Of a stretch of 64,000 nt of DNA, positions 56,239 through 64,000 are shown piece after piece. The translations under genes and the position numbers were made by a program. The stretch comes from the human T2T-CHM13v2.0 reference genome, Homo sapiens, in assembly GCF_009914755.1 (NCBI RefSeq), contig NC_060929.1. One strand, written 5' to 3'. Each line of letters opens with the position of its first letter. The first letter of the stretch is position 1. The notes beneath the pieces were generated by a model. It searched no databases and was not told where the DNA came from. It saw nothing but the letters and a program-made list of their open reading frames with translations.

Positions 56239-56595
56239 TGTATTAGTCTGTTCTCACACTGCTATAAAGAACTGCCTGAGACTGGGTAATTTATAAAGAA
56301 AAGAGGTTTAATTGACTTACAATTACACCAGCTGTACAGGAAGCATGGCTAGGAGGCCTCAGGAAACTTAAAATCATGGTGGAAGGGCGAAGGGGAAGCA
56401 AGCATGTCTTCACATGGTGGCGTGAGACAGAGAGAGAAGGGGTAAGATCTCATAATAACCCACTCACTATCACGAGAACAGCAAGAGGGAATCTGCCTGC
56501 ATAAGCCAATCACCTCCCACCAGGTCCCTTCCTGAATGTTGGAAATTATGGTTCGATGTGAGATTTGGGTGGGGACACAGAGCCAAACCATATCA
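56239..56595 (-). mobile_element. MSTA-like MaLR solo LTR
   Basis: tgtattagtctgttctcacactgctataaagaa ... agatttgggtggggacacagagccaaaccatatca. Confidence 0.93.
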
Positions 56596-56995
56596 CCAGC
56601 CATGGCAACTGCCATTCTACTCCCCCCTTTTATAAGTTTGACTTTTTAATTGTAGTTTTTAAAACATTTTGTTACATGGGTATGTTGTGTAGTGATGAAG
56701 TCTGGGCTTTTAGTGTAGCCATCATCCAATATTGCGCACTGTACCCATTAAGTAATTTATCATCTTTCACCAACCCCCACCCTTCTGAGTCTTCAATGTC
56801 TATTATTCCACATGGTATGTATACATGTACACATTATTTAGCTTCAAGTTATAAATGAGTGCATGTGGTATTTGACTTTCTGTTTCTGAGTGGTTTTAAG
56901 ATAATGGCTTCCAGTTCCATCCATATTGCTGAAAAATACATGATTTCTTTCTGTTTTTATGGCTGAGTAGTATCCCAGTGTATATAAACCATACT

Positions 56996-57437
56996 ATCTT
57001 CTTTCCTTTCTCTTTCTCTTTCTTTTTCTCTCTCCCTTCCTTTCCCTCCCTCCCTCTCTTTTTTTTTTCTTTCTTTCTCTTTCTTTCTTCTTTCTATCTT
57101 TCCATTCTCTTCTCTCTTTCTCTCTCTTTTTCTCTTCCTTCCTCCCTTCCTCCTTCTCTCCCTCCCTCCCTTCCTCCTTCTCTCCCTCCCTCCCTTCCTC
57201 TCTTCCTCTTTCTTTCTCTTTTTCCTTCCTTCCTTCCATTCCTCCCTCCCTCCCTTCTTCCTTCCTTCTTTCCCTCCCTCCCTCCTTCCTTTCCTCCTTC
57301 CCTTCTTCCCTCTTTCTTTCCTTCCTTCCTTCCCCATACCCCCTCCCCCTCCCTCCTCCTCCATCCATCCTCCTCCTCCTCCTCCTTCTCCTTCTCCTTC
57401 TTCTTCTTTTTTCTCTCTCTCTATTTCCTTTCTTTTT
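56996..57437. repeat. Polypyrimidine/polypurine tract (expanded FLAM tail)
   Basis: About 440 bp of almost pure C/T in CTTT, CCTT, CCCT and CCT units. Confidence 0.97.
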
Positions 57438-57586
57438 GAGACAAGGTTTCTTTCTCTGTCACCCTAGGAGGGTGTGCAGTAGTGCAATCATAGCTCACTA
57501 CAGCTTCACACTCCTGGGTTCAAGCAATCCTTTTGCCTTGGCCTCCCAAAGTGTTGTGATTACAGGCAAAAGCCATCTGCCTGACC
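57438..57586 (-). mobile_element. FLAM-type Alu monomer
   Basis: Single about 150-bp unit, gagacaaggtttc...gcaatcatagctcacta...gcctcccaaagtgttgtgattacagg. Partial TSD taaacca. Confidence 0.85.
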
Positions 57587-58480
57587 CTAAACCACGTTTT
57601 CTTTATCCATTATCTGTTGATGGACACATAGGTTGATTCTAAATCTTTGCTAACATGAAGAGTGCTGACATAGACATACACGTACAGGTACCTTTTTCAT
57701 ATAATGATCTTTTTTTCTTTTGGTGAGTACCCACTAATGGGATTGCTGGTTTAAACGGTAATTTTATTTTTAGTTCTTTGAGTAATCTCTATACTGTTTT
57801 CCTAAAGGTTGTACTAATTTACATTCCCACCAAGAGTATATAAGCATTTTCTTTTTTAACACATCCACACCATCTATCATTTTTCAACTTTTTAAATAAT
57901 GGTCATTCTGGCTGGAATAAGATGACGTTTCACTGTGGCCCAGTTTTACTCTTCTGCATATGGAAATCCAACTTTTCCTTTCTTTATTCTATTCCGTTGA
58001 TCTATATGTATATTTTGTTCTAGTATCCTACAATTTTTTCTGTTCCATTGGTCTCTATGTCTGTTTTTATGTCTGTACTATGCTGTTTTCATTACTATAG
58101 CTTTGTAATATATTTTGGGGTCAGGTAATGGGACACCTCTGGCTTTGTTACTTTTGCTGAAGACTTCTTTGGCTAGTTGGAGCATTTTGTAGTTCTATGT
58201 ACATTTAAACTTTTTTTTTTTATTTGTGTGACAAATAACTTTGGAATTTTGAAAGGAATTTCATAGAACCTGTAGACTACTTTGGATAGTATGGACATTT
58301 TACCAACACAAATTCTTCTAATCCATGAACATGAGATATCTATTTATTTGTGTCTTCTTCAATTTATTTCTTCAATGTTTTACAGTTTTCAATGTGTAAA
58401 TTGGTTAAATTTCATCTTGGTTAAATTTATTCCTAAATATTTTATAATTTTTTATGCTTTTGTGAATGGAATTACTTTTT

Positions 58481-59455
58481 AAATTTTTTTCGTGTGGGCA
58501 TAGTGGGTGTATATATTTATGGATTACAGAGGATATTTCGATACCGATGTGTAATGTGTAATAATCACATTAGAGTAAATGAGGTATCTAACACTTCAAG
58601 CATTTATTCCTTGTGTTAAAAACAATCCAATTATACTCTTTTAGTTATTTTTAAATGTGCAACTAAATTTTTTTTACTGTATTCACCCTGCTGTGCTAGT
58701 AAATACCGGGTTTTATTCATTCTTTCTCTTTTTCGTAGGCATTAACCATCCCCACATCCTCCTCAACCCCCCACAACCCATCCCAGCCTCTAATAATCAT
58801 TTTTTTAGTCTCTATATCCTTGAGTTCAATCTTTTAATTTTTAGCTCTCAAAGAATAAGAACATGCAAAATTTGTCTTTTTGTTCCTGGCTTACTTCACT
58901 GAATAATTAATGTCTTCCAGTTTCATCCATGTTGTTGAAAATGGTAGAATCTCATTTTTTTTTAATGGCTGAAAATACTCCATTGTGTATATGTACCATA
59001 TTTGGATAAAAGCCATTTTAACTGAGGTGAGATTATATCGCATTGTAGTTTTGATTTTCATTTCTCTGATGACCTATGATGTTGAGCACCTTTTCAAATA
59101 CCTGTTTGCCATTTGTATGTCTTCTTTTGAGAAATGTCTATTCAAAATTTTGCTCCTTTTTAAATTGGATTATTGCATTTTTTCCCTATGGAGTTAAAGT
59201 TGTTTAAGTTCCTTATATATTCCAGCCATTAATCCCCTGTAAGATGAGTAATTTGCAAATATTTTCTCTTATTCTATAAGTTGTTCTTTTTTTCACTTTG
59301 TTGATTGTTTCCTTTGCTGTGCAGAAGATTTTTTGACTTGTTGTGATCCCATTTGTCCATTTACACTTTGGTTGAAAATGATCCATGTGCAGAGGAAAAT
59401 AAAGTGTGTTCTGCAGTCATTTTATGAAATGTGGGTAAACATTTATTAGATCCAT
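58481..59455 (-). mobile_element. L1MA2/3-like insertion with internal deletions
   Basis: 3' UTR gtaataatcacattagagtaaatg...aacaatccaattatactcttttagtt. Fused to an EN-region piece at about 59375. Confidence 0.75.
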
Positions 59456-60919
59456 AAATGGGATTTCTTAGCTTCATTTTGGGATAGTTTATTATTAGCA
59501 TACGGAAACTATTGATTTTTTATGCTGATTTTGTATCCTGCAACTTTACTGAAGCTGTTTATTAATTGTAGCACTTTTTTGGTGGAGTCTTTAGGGTTTT
59601 CTATATATAGGACCATGTCATCTGCAAACAGACAATTTTACTTCCATTTTTATTTAGATGACTTTTATTTCTTTTTCCTGTGTAATTGCTCCCACTAGGA
59701 CTTCCAGTACCATGTTGAACAGAATTGGTGAAAGTGGACATTCTTGTCTTGTTCCTGATCGTATCAGAAAAGCTTTCAGTTTTTTTACTGTAGAGTGTGA
59801 TATTAGCTGTGAGTTGTCATATATGGCTCTCATTATGCTGAGGTTCATTCCACTTCTATACATAATTTCTTGTGAATTTTTATCATAAATGGATGTTAAA
59901 TTTTGTCAAATTCTTTCTCTACATCTATTGAGATGATCCTATAATTTTAATGCTTTATTTTGTTAATGTGTACTTCACATTTATTGATTTGCATATATTG
60001 ACCCATCCTTGCATCCCAGGGATAAATCTTAACTTGGTCGTAGTGTATGATTCTTTAAATGTGCTGTTAAACTGAGCTTGCTAGTATTTTGTGTTTTTTG
60101 CATTTATGTCCATCATGGATATTGGCTGGTAATTCTCTTTTCTTGCAGTTTACTTGTCTGGGTTTGACACATGGTAATGTTGGGCTTATAACATGAATTT
60201 GGAAGTGTTTCCTAATCTTCAATATTTTGGAAGAAATTAAGAATGATTGGCATTAATTATTATCAAAAATATTTGGTAGAATTCACCAGTAAAGCCACCT
60301 AGTCTTGGATTTTCTTTGCATGTTTGTGATTACTGACGCAATCTCCTTACTCATTATTTATCTGTTCAGATTTTCTATTTCTTCATGATTCAGTCTTGGT
60401 AGGTTGCACATTTCTAGGAATGTATTTACTCCCTGTAGGTTACTTTTCACTTTCAAGTGTGCTTAATTATCTGAAATAAAAAATGAGGATTGTGTTTGTT
60501 GATATTTCTGAAATTAAATTAATTTCTTCTTTATAAACTGGATTTCTTTGGTAATTCTTCCAGTTTTTATATTATGCTTTATCAACAGTAATCGCTTTTT
60601 GATGATATTCAGTGTGAAACATTTTTCTCTACATATGAAGGCTCATGTGAAGAAATATATCTGATTAATTTTAGAGTGTTTAAGAAACATGTAATCACAT
60701 ACTGTTTTCCTCAGATTAATTTTCATTCTTTTCAAGCTTCTAATTCTCAGAATTATAACCATCATATAGACATGACTTCGATGAATAAATAGACAATAAA
60801 AATTTCCTTTTAACAAGTCATTTCTCAATTTATTGTTGATTCTAAATAGCCTTGGTCTAATTCAATGAGTAAGTGACTCATTTGCTTATTTCTGGCAAAC
60901 AAGTCTGAAATTCTGTTTC

Positions 60920-61226
<307 letters not shown>

Positions 61227-61343
61227 TCTGTTTCTTATTTGACTATAGGTGTCAGTGAAAAAAAAGGAGAGAAAAATGCTTTGTTACAATTAAAATAACA
61301 AATTACATTTTAGCCAGAACACTCAAAATAAAATGATCTGTGC

Positions 61344-61599
61344 TGGTTCAACTTATGATTTTTCAACTTTACAGTGGTGTGAAAGTGATGCACATCCAGT
61401 AGAAACTGTACTTTGAGTACCTATACAGCCATTCTGTTTATCACTTTCAGTACAGAATTTAATAAATTACATAAGAGATTCAACATTTTATTATAAAATA
61501 GGCTTAGGGTTAGATAATTTTGCTCAACTGTAGGCTAATGTGTTTTAAGCATGTTTAAGGTAGGCTAGGCTAAGGTATGATGTTGTCAAGGAGCATCTA
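61344..61599 (-). mobile_element. MER47A (Tigger5-derived) with internal deletion
   Basis: tggttcaacttatgatttttcaactttac ... tttaaggtaggctaggctaag...gatgtt|gtcaaggagcatct. Confidence 0.85.
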
Positions 61600-61679
61600 T
61601 ATTACGATTTAATTAAAGATAGTACACAGAATTTTTCTTCCTCAACATAATTTTTATTTGATTAAGTTCTATTACCCAG

Positions 61680-61960
61680 TCTATGCAAATAAACTAGAAA
61701 ATCTAGAAGATACAAATATCTAGAAGAAATGGATAAATTCCTGGACACATACATCCTCCCAAGACTAAACCAGGAAGAATTCAAACCCCTGAGTACACCA
61801 ATAACAAGTTCTGAAGTTGGGGCGGTAATGAATAGCCTACCAACCAAAAAAAGCCCAGGACCAGAAGAATTCACAGCCAAATTCTACCAGAGGTAAAAAG
61901 AGGAGCTGGGGCCATTCCTTCTGAAACTATTCTGAATAGTAGAAAAAGAGGGACTCCCCC
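61680..61960 (+). mobile_element. Isolated internal L1PA ORF2 fragment, no tail
   Basis: ctatgcaaataaactagaaaatctagaaga ... aaaagcccaggaccag ... gaaaaagagggactcc. Flanked by CCCAGTCTAT on both sides. Confidence 0.92.
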
Positions 61961-62499
61961 AGTCTATTTGCTTACCAGTTTAAAATGGTTTTATGCTTTC
62001 ATTTTTTGGTATTTTATATATATATATATATAAAATTCTTGTCATTGGACTAGAAATCAGTAGTCATAAAATTATGCTAATAAGATCACTGAAATATTTA
62101 CTGTATGGGATATACATTTGAAACATATGTAAGAATCTGAGTTCATAAATACTTCTAGTCCAGTTAAATCTTTGGGCAATGCTACATTAATAGTACTGGT
62201 TTAAAAATATCTATACATCCTTTCCCTAATTTTGTCAACTCTGGAATAAAATGCAAGAATGGTATGTTAATTTTTGTAATGCTTAATTTTATTTTTCTTA
62301 TAGAAAATCTCATTATTTTGAGCTTTCTAAATTTCCTATATTGTTTTTGAGGGGTCATATAGTCATCATTGTTTCCACAAATTATTTAAAATTATGACAA
62401 TACAGTCAGATTTGGGATTCAATACTAATATTGTTTGGAAGTGTTGCCTTCTGTGACCATCAGTTAAAGTTGAATATCATGTGGAATCTTTTCCTCCAC

Positions 62500-62700
62500 C
62501 TACGCTATTTGAGTGTTGTAGACTCTTGCCATTTCAGTCCATAAGTCACCTCAACTGCTAATTGTCAGGCCCTCTGTTTCTTTGCCTGAAGGTTTTCTCT
62601 TGTCACTGGAGCCTGTTTTGCCACACATGTAGCTGGCTGGAAGAGTCAGGGAATTGATGCTCTCTGGGAAAAGCCTTCATTCAATGTCTGACAGGAATTG
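62500..62700. mobile_element. LTR16-like ERVL LTR fragment interrupted by L1
   Basis: gcctgaaggttttctct ... agtcagggaattgatgc ... gccttcattcaatgtctgacaggaattg. Confidence 0.45.
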
Positions 62701-62717
62701 ACAAAAAAACATTCCTG

Positions 62718-64000
62718 GGCCCAACAGGAACAGCTCCGGTCTGCAGCTCCCAGCAAGACTAATGCAGAAGGTGGGTGATTTCTGCATTTTCAACTGAGGT
62801 ACCTGGATCAACTCACTGGGACTGGTTAGACAGTGAGTGCAGCCCATGGAGGGCAAGCAGAAGCAGGGTTGGATGTCACCTCACCTGGGAAGCACAAGGG
62901 GTCAGGGAACTCCATCCCCTAGCCAAGGGAAGCCTTGAGGGACCCTGACTTGATGTCCGGCCCAGGTACTACACTTTTCCCATAGTCTTCACAACCCATA
63001 GACCAGGAGATTCCCTCAGATGCCTACACAACAAAGGCTCTGGGTTTCAAGCACAAAACTGGGCAGCCATTTTGGCAGACACTGAGCTAGCTGCAGGAGT
63101 TTTTTTTCATACCTCAGTGGCACCTGGAATGCCAGTGAGATAGAACCATTCACTCCCCTGGAAAGGGGGCTGAAGACAGGGAGCCAAGTGGTCTTGCTCA
63201 GCAGATCCCACCCCCAAGGAGCCCTGCAAGCTAAGATGCACTGGATTGAAATTCTTGCTGACAGCACAGCAGTCTGAAGTCAACCTGGGATGCTCCAGCT
63301 TGGTGGGGGAGGGGCATCCAACATTACTAAGACTTGTGTAGGCGATTTTCCCCTCACAGTGTAAACAAAGCCACCTGGAAGTTCAGGCTGGGTGGAGCCC
63401 CACCTCAGTGCCACAAAGCTGCTGTAGCCAGACTGACTCTCTAGATTCCTCCACTCTGGGCAGGGCACCTCTGAAAGAAGGGCAGCAGCCCTAGTCAGGG
63501 GCTTATAGATAAAACTCCTATCTCCCTGGGACAGAGCACCTGGGTGAAGGGGTGGCTGTTGGTGCAGCTTCAGCAGACGTAAATGTTCCTGCCTGCCTGC
63601 TCTGAAGAGAGCAGCAAACTCCCAGCACAGCTCTCAAGTTCTGCTAAGGGAGAGACTGCCTCCTCAAGTGGGTCACTGACCCCTGCTTCCTGATGGGGAG
63701 GCACCTCCCAGGAGGGGTCAACAGACACATCATACAGGAGAGCTTCAGCTGTCATCTCATGGGTGCCCCTCTGGGATAAAGCTTCCAGAAGAAGAAGCAG
63801 GAAGCAGTCTTTGCTGTTCTGCAGCCTCTGCTGGTGATACCCAGGCAAGCAGGGTCTGGAGTGGACCTCCAGCAAACTCCAGCAGTCCTGCAGAAGAGGG
63901 GCCTGACTGTTGGAAGGAAAACTAACAAATAGAAAGCAATAGCATCAACATCAACAAAAAGGACGACCATGCAAAAACTCCATCCAAAGGTCACCAACAG
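62718..64000 (+). mobile_element. L1PA7/8-like 5' UTR, continuing beyond the window
   Basis: caggaacagctccggtctgcagctcccagc ... gggtctggagtggacctccagcaaactcc ... aaaggtcaccaacag. Confidence 0.95.

Larger units (their letters stand above)
56646..57940 (-). mobile_element. L1PB (PB3/4-like) 3' end interrupted by FLAM
   Basis: gtagtgatgaagtctgggcttttagtgta, gtacccattaagtaattt. Resumes after 57587 with ccacgttttctttatcca. Confidence 0.8.
55905..60445 (-). mobile_element. L1MA-type host element (3' UTR plus ORF2 RT remnant) fragmented by nested insertions
   Basis: L1MA8/9-like 3' UTR at 55905-56238 and 56596-56645. ORF2 pieces at about 57940-58480 and 59456-60445 (GTRQECPLSPILFN in ORF 59654-59863). 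Confidence 0.8.

Noticed and set aside
56957-57439. ORFs of 124-153 aa rich in E/R/K/G or P/S/F
   Set aside because: Translations of the polypyrimidine tract.

Overview
AT-rich primate (human-like) non-coding DNA dominated by interspersed repeats. No intact protein-coding gene, RNA gene or CRISPR array can be supported. The ORF-track entries are L1 remnants, other repeat-derived frames or chance ORFs. The window holds Alu/FLAM SINEs, MIR and L2 remnants, solo MaLR/ERVL LTRs (MLT1, MST, THE1, MLT2, LTR16), Tigger/hAT DNA elements (MER8, MER2, MER20, Tigger3, MER47A) and many L1s, including two near-full-length plus-strand copies in tandem (35.1-41.1 kb, 41.3-47.8 kb) and a third 5' UTR at the window end. 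The most unusual structure is the first full-length L1PA. A perfect 15-bp TSD shows it is one insertion, yet about 1.5 kb of its ORF2 is replaced by about 1.29 kb of unrelated genomic-looking DNA (headless Alu, old L1M pieces, unique sequence). Other notable items are a tail-less internal ORF2 fragment flanked by a 10-bp duplication, a MER2 with iterated inverted templated insertions, a twin-primed L1, an ORF0 homologue, and weak candidate exons and regulatory motifs in the first 4.6 kb. Subfamily names come from my recall of consensus sequences, not from a database search.
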